Part shown: positions 27,353 through 38,658 of the stretch, one piece after another
Position numbering within the stretch: the first letter of the stretch is position 1
How the letters are laid out: each line of letters starts with the position of its first letter
DNA from: Candidatus Harrisonbacteria bacterium
Lineage (GTDB): Bacteria; Patescibacteriota; Minisyncoccia; UBA6257; 02-FULL-45-10c
Direction: 5' to 3'
NCBI GenBank assembly: GCA_016192685.1
Contig: JACPTS010000001.1
Coordinates: forward strand, 458,628 to 522,627
Length of the DNA stretch: 64,000 nt
Made by a program: the position numbers and the translations under genes
The notes under the pieces: model-generated
The model's input: only the letters and a program-made list of their open reading frames with translations
Told to the model about the DNA's origin: nothing
Databases searched by the model: none

Positions 27353-28891
27353 ATGAAACGAAATAGCGCCTTATTTTTTGTTTTAGCGGCTGTTTTAATT
27401 TCCGCCTTTTTTAATTTTAGCTCGCCGAATATTCCGGACCCGGACAGTTTTTACCATCTCCGCCACGCGGAAATCCTGCGGCGCAACGGCTTATTAGATG
27501 CCAGTTTTCCTTGGACCTATTTTTCCGCCATTCGGACCGAGGGCGCGGATATTTGGTATGGCTTCCACCTTTTGTTAATCCCATTTATTTTTAGCGGCGG
27601 GACAGCGCTGGGGATTAAAGTTGCCGGTGTTTTTTTAACCGCAACTCTTTTGTTGGCTTATTATTGGGTGGTAAAGCGGCAGAAATTTGTTTGGCCGGCG
27701 CTTTGGCCGTTTTTATTTTTTTTGGCAGTGCCGAACGCGCTATTTCAACTGTTGATGGTGCGGCCGCATATGGTGTCTTTAGCGCTGGCAATGCTTTTAT
27801 TATCTTTTTTAAGCTTCGGTCTTTGGTTTCCGATATTTTTAATCAGCGCGGGAATTACTTTTTTCCATCTGAATTTTTTTTGGATCGGGCCGGGGATAGC
27901 GCTGGCTGTATTTTTAGCGTCTATTTTGGAAAAAACTTTTAGCCGTTCGCTTAAAAAAGTTTTAGCAGTGGCGCTCGGGACAGCGGCTGGCGCGCTGTTT
28001 AGGCCGGAACCAATATCCGCCTTGAAACTTACTTATATTCAGGTAGTGAAGCTGCTGCTTGAAAAACAAAGTGACTTGCCGCTTTTATTCAGCCGGGAAC
28101 TGGCGCCTTTGAGCTTAAAAACGCTTTCCCAGACTTCATTTCTTTTTCTTTTGCTTTGGCTGGCGGCTATCTTGGTTAGCGGTTGGACGCTCTACCATTT
28201 TCGCGAGCAGATTAAAAAAATTCCTTCCGAAGCAAAAATATTCTTACTGACGAGCGGCCTGCTCTCAATTGCTTTTTTCTTAATGAGTCTTTTTATCGCG
28301 CGGCGTTCTTATATTCTATGGGTGGCTTTTGGAACGCTTTTCATCGGAAGCGTTGCCAGTTTTCTTTTCCCGAAAAAATCCCAGCAAGATTGGTTTTTGG
28401 TGCTGACAGCGGTTATTTTTTTGATAATGGTTCCGTATACGCTTTCTCAAAACGGGATTAGTATGGCGCGGAATGCCTCGCCGCCGGATTATTTGCGGGA
28501 AGCGGCGGAATGGCTCCGCAATCACAGTAATTCTGGCGATATTGTTTTTAACACCCATTGGGATAATTTCTCCCCGCTTTTTTTCTGGAATCAGACCAAT
28601 TATTATATCGGCGGCATGGACCCGATTTTCCAATATGCCTATAATTCGGAGCTTTATTGGAAATTTCATCATATTTCCGCTGATGAATTTGGCGATTTGA
28701 CTTGCGGCGCAATCATTTGCGATAAATCCAATGTTCAGGATATTTATTCAGTATTAAAAAAAGATTTTCAGGTAAAATATGTCTTGGTGGAAAAAAGGCG
28801 TAACCCAAATTTTCATCGCTGGCTGGAATTAGACCGGCGTTTTGAAAAGCAGTTTGATAATGGAAAAGAAGTGATTTTTCTGTTAAAATAA
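27353..28891 (+). CDS. Polytopic membrane protein, probable GT-C glycosyltransferase
   Basis: First loop PDPDSFYH, many TM helices, C-terminal AAEWL...VFNTHW; divergent from GT2. Confidence 0.65.
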   Translation: MKRNSALFFVLAAVLISAFFNFSSPNIPDPDSFYHLRHAEILRRNGLLDASFPWTYFSAIRTEGADIWYGFHLLLIPFIFSGGTALGIKVAGVFLTATLLLAYYWVVKRQKFVWPALWPFLFFLAVPNALFQLLMVRPHMVSLALAMLLLSFLSFGLWFPIFLISAGITFFHLNFFWIGPGIALAVFLASILEKTFSRSLKKVLAVALGTAAGALFRPEPISALKLTYIQVVKLLLEKQSDLPLLFSRELAPLSLKTLSQTSFLFLLLWLAAILVSGWTLYHFREQIKKIPSEAKIFLLTSGLLSIAFFLMSLFIARRSYILWVAFGTLFIGSVASFLFPKKSQQDWFLVLTAVIFLIMVPYTLSQNGISMARNASPPDYLREAAEWLRNHSNSGDIVFNTHWDNFSPLFFWNQTNYYIGGMDPIFQYAYNSELYWKFHHISADEFGDLTCGAIICDKSNVQDIYSVLKKDFQVKYVLVEKRRNPNFHRWLELDRRFEKQFDNGKEVIFLLK

Positions 28892-28904
28892 TAATTACAA
28901 AATT

Positions 28905-28976
28905 GCCTGTGTAGCTCAGTGGTAGAGCGAGGTCTTCATAAGGCCGAGGTCGCAGGTTCGATCCCTGCCACAGGCA
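28905..28976 (+). tRNA. tRNA with CAT anticodon (elongator Met or Ile2)
   Basis: GCCTGTG/CACAGGC, D arm GCTC/GAGC, loop TT CAT AA, GCAGG TTCGATC CCTGC. Confidence 0.9.
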
Positions 28977-29021
28977 CTAAATCAGTTCAAAGCAATTTTA
29001 ATTTTTGCCACAGGCACCACG

Positions 29022-29666
29022 ATGAAAAAGCATTTTGGAAGATTCATTGTTTTAAGCGCAGTTTTGGTTGGCGCGTATTTTTTATTAAATAGAGAAACCG
29101 TTTCCAGTTATACTATTCCGTTTATTGAAGTTCGAACTGGGGAGATTGCCGAAAAACTTAGCGGTTTGACTGGGGGAATAAAAAAATATGCTGGTGGGCA
29201 GGCGACTGTCGCGGTTTCGGAATTAGCAGATGATTTTGTCAGTTCAGTTTCAGAAAAAGGTGGACAGTTGACGCGGCAAATTTTTGACGGCGCTAAAAAT
29301 AATGCCTTTAATTTTTTCCGCCAGGCAGTCAGTGAAAAAGTGGATAGCGTCGGCGCTAATTTAGGAATTGATGTCCAGCAAATTGGTAAGGAAATTACGC
29401 CGTCGGAGCAAGAATCGCCGATTATCTTTGGAATTCAAGCCGGCAGTCCGGCGTATTTTACGATTAAAAATCGAGAACTAGAAAAAATCAGTTATGAGGT
29501 AGATTGGCGGGATGGCAATAAAAAGAACGGTGATGTATCGGTTAAAAAATCAGTGACTGTTTCCCGTATTTGGAGTTCTCCCGGCGAATATTACCCAAGA
29601 TTTAAAATCATTACCTCACGCGGCGAGAAAATTTATGAAATCGCAATTTCCGTGATTTCGTTGTAA
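29022..29666 (+). CDS. Hypothetical membrane-anchored protein with C-terminal PKD-like module
   Basis: N-terminal TM; YEVDWRDG...W..PGEY pattern. Confidence 0.55.
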   Translation: MKKHFGRFIVLSAVLVGAYFLLNRETVSSYTIPFIEVRTGEIAEKLSGLTGGIKKYAGGQATVAVSELADDFVSSVSEKGGQLTRQIFDGAKNNAFNFFRQAVSEKVDSVGANLGIDVQQIGKEITPSEQESPIIFGIQAGSPAYFTIKNRELEKISYEVDWRDGNKKNGDVSVKKSVTVSRIWSSPGEYYPRFKIITSRGEKIYEIAISVISL

Positions 29667-29676
29667 AATTCTTACT

Positions 29677-30756
29677 ATGAGAATAGATTTGGAAAAATTA
29701 AAAAAAGAGGCTTTGGGGCTGATTAGCGGCGTAAAAGACGCTAAAGCTTTGGAAGATTTGCGGATTAAGTATTTGGGGCGGACTAATGGCGAATTAACGA
29801 AACTGATGAAATCTTTGCCGAAAATGTCTTTGGCGGACCGGCGGAAATTTGGTCCGCTTTTGAATTCTTTAAAACGTGAATTGGAAGCGGCGCTGGAAAA
29901 TAAATTAGCGGCCCTCAAAGCTCAAAGCTCAAAGCTCAAAGCTAGTATTGATATTACTATGCCTGGCAAAAAAGTTTCACTTGGCCACCTTCACCCTTTG
30001 ACTATGGTAGAAAAAGAAATCCGGGAGATTTTTACCGCTCTTAATTTTTCGATAGTGGAAGGTCCGGAAGTGGAATCGGAATATTATAATTTTGACGCTT
30101 TAAATATTCCCAAAGACCATCCGGCGCGGGAGATGTGGGACACATTTTGGCTTCGCCAAAATGAACAATTAACTAATAACAAAAAACAATTAACAAAAAG
30201 TGAAAAGTTAAAAGTTAATAGTTCAAAGTTATTGCTTAGGACTCATACTTCGCCGGTGCAAATCCGTTATATGGAAACTCATCAGCCTCCGTTTCAGATT
30301 ATTGTTCCGGGCCGGGTATTCCGCTATGAAGCCACGGACGTTTCCCACGAAACTAATTTTCATCAAGTAGAGGGGTTGATGGTTGGGAAGGACATTAATT
30401 TGGCGAATTTTAAATTTGTAATTGGAGAGTTTTTTAAGCGTTTATTCAAAAAAAATGTTGTGATTCGGCTTCGGCCCAGCTATTTTCCTTTTGTGGAGCC
30501 GGGATTGGAAGTTGACGTGAAATGCGTTCGTTGCGGCGGAAAAGGTTGCGGCTTGTGTAAAGAATCCGGCTGGCTGGAAGTAATGGGCGCGGGCATGGTG
30601 CATCCCAAAGTTTTTGAGGCCGCCGGCTATAACCCGCGCGACTTTCGGGGATTTGCTTTTGGTTTGGGATTGGAGCGGATAGCCATGATTAAATATAATA
30701 TTCCGGATATCCGGCTGTTTTACTCCGGAGATTTGCGGTTTATTAAGCAATTTTAG
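29677..30756 (+). CDS. pheS: Phenylalanyl-tRNA synthetase alpha
   Basis: GHLHP, HPAREMWDTF, LRTHTS, FHQVEG, YFPFVEP, FAFGLGLER. Confidence 0.97.
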   Translation: MRIDLEKLKKEALGLISGVKDAKALEDLRIKYLGRTNGELTKLMKSLPKMSLADRRKFGPLLNSLKRELEAALENKLAALKAQSSKLKASIDITMPGKKVSLGHLHPLTMVEKEIREIFTALNFSIVEGPEVESEYYNFDALNIPKDHPAREMWDTFWLRQNEQLTNNKKQLTKSEKLKVNSSKLLLRTHTSPVQIRYMETHQPPFQIIVPGRVFRYEATDVSHETNFHQVEGLMVGKDINLANFKFVIGEFFKRLFKKNVVIRLRPSYFPFVEPGLEVDVKCVRCGGKGCGLCKESGWLEVMGAGMVHPKVFEAAGYNPRDFRGFAFGLGLERIAMIKYNIPDIRLFYSGDLRFIKQF

Positions 30757-30759
30757 AAT

Positions 30760-31143
30760 ATGGAAGGGAATTTTGAAAAAAATATAAAAAGAGAATTAAT
30801 CCAAGAACAGATTGATGCCGTTTTAAAAACTATCAGCGAATTTTCCGGCCTTAAAAAAGAAGCGGCTGATTTAAAAGAGAAAGGCGAGAAATATGACCCT
30901 CATTTTGATTCTATAGATCCCGCTGTTATTCAGGTAAAAGAGGCGGAACTATGGCAAAAGATGAAGATTATAGATTCAAAAGAAAAATACAATGATTTTG
31001 TGCAAGAATTAAGAGCGTACCGGAATGCGCTTCAGAAGGAATTAAGAGAAGCTGGCCAGGAAAGAGATACCAATCCGCACGCCGCTTTTGCCGCTTATTT
31101 AAGCAATAAAACAATGGGAGTGTATGAAAAATTAGAAGAATAA
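30760..31143 (+). CDS. Hypothetical protein between pheS and pheT
   Basis: Fills the gap exactly, charged helical ORF. Confidence 0.55.
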   Translation: MEGNFEKNIKRELIQEQIDAVLKTISEFSGLKKEAADLKEKGEKYDPHFDSIDPAVIQVKEAELWQKMKIIDSKEKYNDFVQELRAYRNALQKELREAGQERDTNPHAAFAAYLSNKTMGVYEKLEE

Positions 31144-31150
31144 TAACGGT

Positions 31151-33100
31151 ATGAAATTCAGCTTTTCTTTAATTAAAAAATTAGTTCCCGGCCGATATAC
31201 CAAATCTGAACTGACGGAGAAATTAAATTTGCATTCTTTTGAAACGGCGGATTTGGGCGGCGATGTTTTGGAAATTGCCGTGACACCGAATCGTTTTTCC
31301 GATGCCGCTTCGCATTTGGGGATCGCCAGGGAAGCGGCCGCCATTTTTGGCATCCCATTAAAAGATCCTCTGGAAGAAAAATTAAAATATGGCCATAAAG
31401 ACCAGGGCGTGTTTCGGGTCAATGTTAAAGAAAAGAATTTATGCCGCCGGTATCTGGCGTCTTACGTGAGTAAGATAAAAGTTGGGCCGTCGCCAAAATG
31501 GCTGAAAGAAGTTCTGGAAACTTGCGGGCTTCGTTCCATTAATAATGTCGTGGATATTATGAATTACGTGATGCTGGAAATCGGCCAGCCGCTCCATGCG
31601 TTTGACGCGGATAAGGTTTCCGGCGGATTGGTGGCGCGCCGCGCCCAAAAAGGAGAAACGATTACTACCATTGATAATCAAAAATTTAATTTGGATTCGG
31701 AAGTGTTGGTGATTGCGGACGCGAAACAGCCGCTCGCCATTGCCGGCATTAAAGGCGGCAAATCCAGCGAAGTAACCAGCGGCACTAAACGGATTTTAGT
31801 GGAAGCCGCTCATTTTGAAAGCGCTAATATTTACAAAACTTCCCGTAAATTAGCCTTGCGAACCGATGCGTCGGTGCGTTTTTCCCATTTTTTAAGTCCG
31901 GAATTGCCGGAATTGGGAATGCGCCGGGCGCTCGCGCTTCTTCAAGAATTGGCTGCCGCCACTATTCATCCGCCGATAGATGTTTATGCTAAAAAAGCAG
32001 GATTGCGGCTGGTTCCTTTTAACCTTAAAAAAATGAGCGATTTAATCGGCGAACATTTTAAAGAAAAAGAAGTTTTGCAAGTTCTTTCCAATCTTGGTTT
32101 TAAAAAGAAAGGTAAAAGTTTGTCGGTGCCGGCGTTGAGGATGGATATTGATGGTTTAGAAGACATAGCGGAAGAAGTAGCGCGGATTAAGGGTTACAAT
32201 AATTTGCCTTCCCGGCCGCCAAGCATCGCTCTCGGAGCGGCTCAAGAAGAAGAACAAATTAATTTGAAGAACCGGCTGCGGAAGTTTTCGGCCGGCGTTG
32301 GTTTTAGCGAAGTTTATAATTATTCTTTTTTGGCGGAAAAGGAAGTCGGCAGCCGGGCCGTGGCTATTGCCAATCCTATTAGCAGCCAAGCCGGATTTTT
32401 GCGGGATAGTTTAAAAATGGGATTAAGGAAAAATTTGGAAAGCAATAAGCGATTTTTTGAGGAAGTCCGCGTTTTTGAAATTGGCAAGGTTTTTTCGGAA
32501 GAAAAGGGCAGGGTGGAGGAAAGATTAATGCTGGGAATGGGGATTTTGGCTAAAAATAGTTATTTAGAAATCAAAGGAGTTTTGGATTCTTTGCTGACCG
32601 GATTGGGCATTATTGAATATGAATTAATCGAGAAGAACCCCGCCCGTTTAGAAGTGAAATTGGAAAATTTGCTCGTTGGAAATTTAGATTTGATTTCGGA
32701 ATTAAAAAACGCGGCCGTTTTAGAATTGAATCTGGACCTTTTATTAAAAGAAATGGACGAAGAAAGGGAATTCGCGCCTTTACCGAAATTTCCGGTGATT
32801 ACCCGTGATCTTTCTATTTTTGTTCCGGAAGAAACGCGCGTGGGAGAAGTTTTAGAAATGATCCAGCGGGTTAGCGCTAAATTAGTGAATGACGTGGACT
32901 TGATTGACTTTTATGAGCCGGATGAAAAATTGCGGCCGAAACAAGACCGCAGCGAGACACAGGAAAAAAGGCGGAAAAGCTTGACTTTCCGGATTGTTTT
33001 TCAAGCCGAAGACCGTACTTTAACCGATGCGGAAGCGGATAGGGAAATGGCGGCCATTAATCAAATTTTGATTGATAAATTTGACGCGGAATTAAGGTAA
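31151..33100 (+). CDS. pheT: Phenylalanyl-tRNA synthetase beta (short form lacking B2)
   Basis: TPNR, INNVVDIMNYVMLE.GQPLHAFD, DIAEEVARI.GY, RDLS...SLTFR..DRTLTD. Confidence 0.95.
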   Translation: MKFSFSLIKKLVPGRYTKSELTEKLNLHSFETADLGGDVLEIAVTPNRFSDAASHLGIAREAAAIFGIPLKDPLEEKLKYGHKDQGVFRVNVKEKNLCRRYLASYVSKIKVGPSPKWLKEVLETCGLRSINNVVDIMNYVMLEIGQPLHAFDADKVSGGLVARRAQKGETITTIDNQKFNLDSEVLVIADAKQPLAIAGIKGGKSSEVTSGTKRILVEAAHFESANIYKTSRKLALRTDASVRFSHFLSPELPELGMRRALALLQELAAATIHPPIDVYAKKAGLRLVPFNLKKMSDLIGEHFKEKEVLQVLSNLGFKKKGKSLSVPALRMDIDGLEDIAEEVARIKGYNNLPSRPPSIALGAAQEEEQINLKNRLRKFSAGVGFSEVYNYSFLAEKEVGSRAVAIANPISSQAGFLRDSLKMGLRKNLESNKRFFEEVRVFEIGKVFSEEKGRVEERLMLGMGILAKNSYLEIKGVLDSLLTGLGIIEYELIEKNPARLEVKLENLLVGNLDLISELKNAAVLELNLDLLLKEMDEEREFAPLPKFPVITRDLSIFVPEETRVGEVLEMIQRVSAKLVNDVDLIDFYEPDEKLRPKQDRSETQEKRRKSLTFRIVFQAEDRTLTDAEADREMAAINQILIDKFDAELR

Positions 33101-33179
33101 TTTTTTGTTTGATTTTAACTAGTAGATTTGCTATACTAATAAAGTAGAAATAGATATAAAAAGGCCGGGCCTTTTTTAA

Positions 33180-35127
<1,948 letters not shown>

Positions 35128-35129
<2 letters not shown>

Positions 35130-35273
35130 TTCGCTACCTATCTGTCTACCGGCACCGGCGTTCGCCGACTCCTGCGGTCGGCGCCGCCTACGCCTCGCCC
35201 CGATTTTTCGCCTTCGGCGAAACCTAGCAAATCGGGGCTCCGTAGTTGCCGTACGACAGACAGGTAGCTCACT
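35128..35273. repeat. GC-rich nested palindromic intergenic element
   Basis: Arms GCTACCTATCTGTC / GACAGACAGGTAGC enclosing several hairpins. Confidence 0.65.
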
Positions 35274-35313
35274 CTGATTGACGGGGGGTGAATGAATTAG
35301 GTATAATATTAAA

Positions 35314-35502
35314 ATGTTTTCAAAACTAACCTCATTTTTACAAGAATCCAAGCAAGAGCTGATGCGGGTTAATTGGCCGAGCCGGGAAGATACTACCCGG
35401 CTAACTCTGGCAGTTATTGTAATTTCTTTGCTGGTAGCGCTTTTTTTGGGAGTCCTGGATTTTATTTTCAGCAGCCTTTTGAATACTTTTTTACTAAAAT
35501 AA
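35314..35502 (+). CDS. secE: Preprotein translocase SecE
   Basis: ELMRVNWPSR plus one TM; upstream of nusG. Confidence 0.93.
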   Translation: MFSKLTSFLQESKQELMRVNWPSREDTTRLTLAVIVISLLVALFLGVLDFIFSSLLNTFLLK

Positions 35503-35506
35503 TTTA

Positions 35507-36076
35507 ATGAAAGCTAATAAAGAATCAAAAATAGTGGAAATTAAGAGCAAAGAACGGCATTGGTATGCGGTGCATACTTATTCCGGCTATGAAGACGCCG
35601 TGGCGCGCTATTTGAAACAGCGGGTGGATTCGCTATCCATGAATGATAAAATTTTCAATGTTTTAGTTCCGAAAGAAACCAAAATTAAGATTAAAAACGG
35701 CAAGCGCCGGACTGTGGAGGAAAAAATTTATCCTGGCTATGTGCTGGTGGATATGACTTTAACCGAAGATTCCTGGTATGTGGTTCGGAATACGCCGCGA
35801 GTGACCGGTTTTGTCGGGCCGGACTCCACCACCCCAGTCCCGCTTTCTAAAGATGAAATTGACGTCTTGATGGCCCGAATGTCGGGGGAGGAAAAGAAGT
35901 TTAAGATTGAATTGAGGCCTGGAGAAATGGTAAAAGTTATTGACGGCCCGTTTAAGGATTACGACGCGAAAGTGGCGGAAGTGGATGATGAAAAAGCTAA
36001 GGTGAAAGTGCTGGTTCCGATTTTCGGCCGCGACACCGCGGTAGAGTTAGATTCATTACAAGTACAAAAGATATAA
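35507..36076 (+). CDS. nusG: Transcription factor NusG
   Basis: WYAVHTYSGYE, YPGYVLV, VRNTPRVTGFVG, KOW domain. Confidence 0.96.
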   Translation: MKANKESKIVEIKSKERHWYAVHTYSGYEDAVARYLKQRVDSLSMNDKIFNVLVPKETKIKIKNGKRRTVEEKIYPGYVLVDMTLTEDSWYVVRNTPRVTGFVGPDSTTPVPLSKDEIDVLMARMSGEEKKFKIELRPGEMVKVIDGPFKDYDAKVAEVDDEKAKVKVLVPIFGRDTAVELDSLQVQKI

Positions 36077-36088
36077 TAAATTAAAGTT

Positions 36089-36514
36089 ATGGCAAAAATA
36101 GTTAAAACAATTCTTAAATTACAGCTGGAAGCCGGAAAAGCAAATCCTGCTCCTCCAGTGGGCACGGCGCTTGGGCCGCATGGCGTGAATATTCAGGATT
36201 TCTGCAAGAAATTTAATGACGCGACCAAAGATATGGCCGGTGATGTGGTGCCGGCGGAAATTACGATCTATGAAGACCGGAGTTTTGATTTTAAATTAAA
36301 AACCCCGCCAGCATCGGCGCTTCTTAAAAAAGCCGCGGGCATTGAAAAAGGTTCTGGCGATTCGCTTAAAAATAAGGTTGGTAAAGTTACTAAAGCGGAG
36401 GTACGGAAAATTGCGGAGCGGAAGATGGTGGATTTAAATGCTTATGACCTGGATGCCGCGGAAAAAATCATTGCCGGCACCGCCCGGAATATGGGGATTG
36501 AGGTGGTTGATTAG
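36089..36514 (+). CDS. rplK: 50S ribosomal protein L11
   Basis: [25 protein letters not shown]. Confidence 0.97.
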   Translation: MAKIVKTILKLQLEAGKANPAPPVGTALGPHGVNIQDFCKKFNDATKDMAGDVVPAEITIYEDRSFDFKLKTPPASALLKKAAGIEKGSGDSLKNKVGKVTKAEVRKIAERKMVDLNAYDLDAAEKIIAGTARNMGIEVVD

Positions 36515-36568
36515 AAGTTTAAAAACTGCTACTTTATGAAGTAGCAGTTTTTAATTTATAATTTAAAA

Positions 36569-37309
36569 ATGGATAAACCGAGGGGAAGATTTATTGTTTT
36601 GGATGGTTTGCCGGGATGCGGGAAAAGCACACAGGCGAGATTGCTTTCGGAAAGATTGCTGAACGCGGTTTTAAACGTTGAGCCGACTAAGGCGCTGTTC
36701 GGCGCCGTAATCCGCGCTTATATTGAACGCCAAGCAATTCCGGAGGAATTGCTGGAACAATGTTATCGTTATAAATCTTCGGAAAATGATTTTTGGCCAA
36801 TTGCCCATCACATTATTAATCAGCTGAAACTGAAAATGCCGCTGGGCGAGATGGAAAGGCAAATTCTTTTTGTGGCTGACAGGGTTTATGATTTAGAAAT
36901 GAATATTTTGCCGGCTTTGGCTGCTGGCAAAACCGTTATTCAGGACCGCTATTTTTTCAGCACTTTGGCCTTTGGCTATTCGGGAGGGTTAGAGATTGAG
37001 TGGTTATGGAAAATTCACCAGGAGGCTTTTGCCGCCAGTTCTAAAATTGGGGGTCTTTGGAAGCCGGATTTAACAGTTATTTTTGATTTGGATCCCGCAG
37101 TATCAATGGCCCGGCAAAAAGCCTCCGGAAAAGTTTTGGATATTTTTGAAGAAAAACCGGAACGATTGGATAAAATAAGAGAGGCATATCTTCAATTATC
37201 TAAAAGAACTGATCTTTCTACCGGCATTTCTGTTATCAATGCCGATCAGCCCGCAGAAAAAGTTTTTTCGCAATTGGAGCAATTAATTAAATATCAAACT
37301 GCCGTTTAA
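36569..37309 (+). CDS. tmk: Thymidylate kinase
   Basis: LDGLPGCGKST, EP, LFVADR, QDRYFFST, KPDL. Confidence 0.85.
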   Translation: MDKPRGRFIVLDGLPGCGKSTQARLLSERLLNAVLNVEPTKALFGAVIRAYIERQAIPEELLEQCYRYKSSENDFWPIAHHIINQLKLKMPLGEMERQILFVADRVYDLEMNILPALAAGKTVIQDRYFFSTLAFGYSGGLEIEWLWKIHQEAFAASSKIGGLWKPDLTVIFDLDPAVSMARQKASGKVLDIFEEKPERLDKIREAYLQLSKRTDLSTGISVINADQPAEKVFSQLEQLIKYQTAV

Positions 37310-37353
37310 GAGGCAGTTTTTAATTTTTTAAAATTTCTGTTAAATTTAAATAA

Positions 37354-38658
37354 ATGATAGCTAAATTACCGGTTCAAAAAATTGTTTCCGACCCGATTTT
37401 GGGGCTGATTGATATCAGCAAGGTTTTGCCGATGGTGGATGTCCGGGAATTCCAGTCGCTGGCTTATAAATATCAGCTTGGTTTGGCGTTTTTGCTTTTC
37501 CCTTCCGCCACTCACACCCGCAAACAGCATTGCTTGGGCGCTTACCAGCGGACTAAAGAATTAACCGGGCGCTGGGTGGAAAGCGGGATGATTACTAAAG
37601 ACCAGGCCCGGAATGTCAATGCTTACGCGCTTTATCATGATATCGGCCATGGTCCGTTTTCCCATACCGTGGAGCCGCTTTTTGACCTTTTACCCGGAGC
37701 AAAAAAATCAAAATTGCGCGCTGATGACGCCATGGGAATTGAGATAGCGCGAAATTTGAAAAAGGAGATTGAGGCGACCGGAGCCGAATTTGAATCTTTA
37801 ATGAAATTTATGAAACACGAAGACCCTTTGTACTTGGCAGTTCATGATAAGAATTTAGGAATGGAAAAATTTGATTATTTAACCAGAGACGCTTTTTACA
37901 CCATTAAAGAAATGCCGGGGGTGGATTATTTATCCCGCTATATCTATTTTGTGGATGGGCAAGTGGCGGTAGATGAGCGGGTGATTGACCAGGCAAAAGC
38001 AATCCAGGAATTTTATATAAAAATGTCCAAGCATGTTTATTTGCGCAAAAAATCCGCGATTTTACAGCGTTTAGTCCAAAAAATGGCTTACGAGCTGTTA
38101 AAAGAAGGGATGACGGTCGGGGAGATTTGGAAACTTACGGATTTTGGGCTTTTGGGAAGATTGGAAATTTCTCCCAACCCGCTTATCAGGAATTATTATG
38201 GTCGGCTGATGGCGGGTGATTTGCCGAAGATTGCCATTGAATTTAAGCAGGAGCAATTTGTTCAATTAGATGAAAAGCGGGGAGATAAGTCTTTGCACAC
38301 TTTTGGGCTGCCGGAGAAGGTTTTAAATAAAGTTCTTGCCCAAGAAGAGGTTTCCGGCATTAAATTTTTAGCTGATTTTGAAAAAGGAATTGCCGCGGCC
38401 GCCGGCATTCCGGAGGACAGCGTTATGGTGGTACCGCCGATGTCTCACCACCGTTTTGTTCCGGAAGACGTGAAAGTTTACGGCCGAGACGGCAGTATTG
38501 TTCTTCTTAGCGATTTTTACCCCAATCATTTTGCCGCTATGACTGAATACGGAAAATCCCATCATCTTTTGCGGATTTGCGCCTTTCCGGAGCATCGGGA
38601 TAATTTGGAAGCCAAAGCAGAGAAAATTAAGGATTATCTTTTGGAATTTTCAAAATGA
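37354..38658 (+). CDS. HD-domain phosphohydrolase (dNTPase-like family)
   Basis: QLG..FP.ATHTR..H.LG, HDIGHGPFSH, DYL.RD. Confidence 0.85.
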   Translation: MIAKLPVQKIVSDPILGLIDISKVLPMVDVREFQSLAYKYQLGLAFLLFPSATHTRKQHCLGAYQRTKELTGRWVESGMITKDQARNVNAYALYHDIGHGPFSHTVEPLFDLLPGAKKSKLRADDAMGIEIARNLKKEIEATGAEFESLMKFMKHEDPLYLAVHDKNLGMEKFDYLTRDAFYTIKEMPGVDYLSRYIYFVDGQVAVDERVIDQAKAIQEFYIKMSKHVYLRKKSAILQRLVQKMAYELLKEGMTVGEIWKLTDFGLLGRLEISPNPLIRNYYGRLMAGDLPKIAIEFKQEQFVQLDEKRGDKSLHTFGLPEKVLNKVLAQEEVSGIKFLADFEKGIAAAAGIPEDSVMVVPPMSHHRFVPEDVKVYGRDGSIVLLSDFYPNHFAAMTEYGKSHHLLRICAFPEHRDNLEAKAEKIKDYLLEFSK

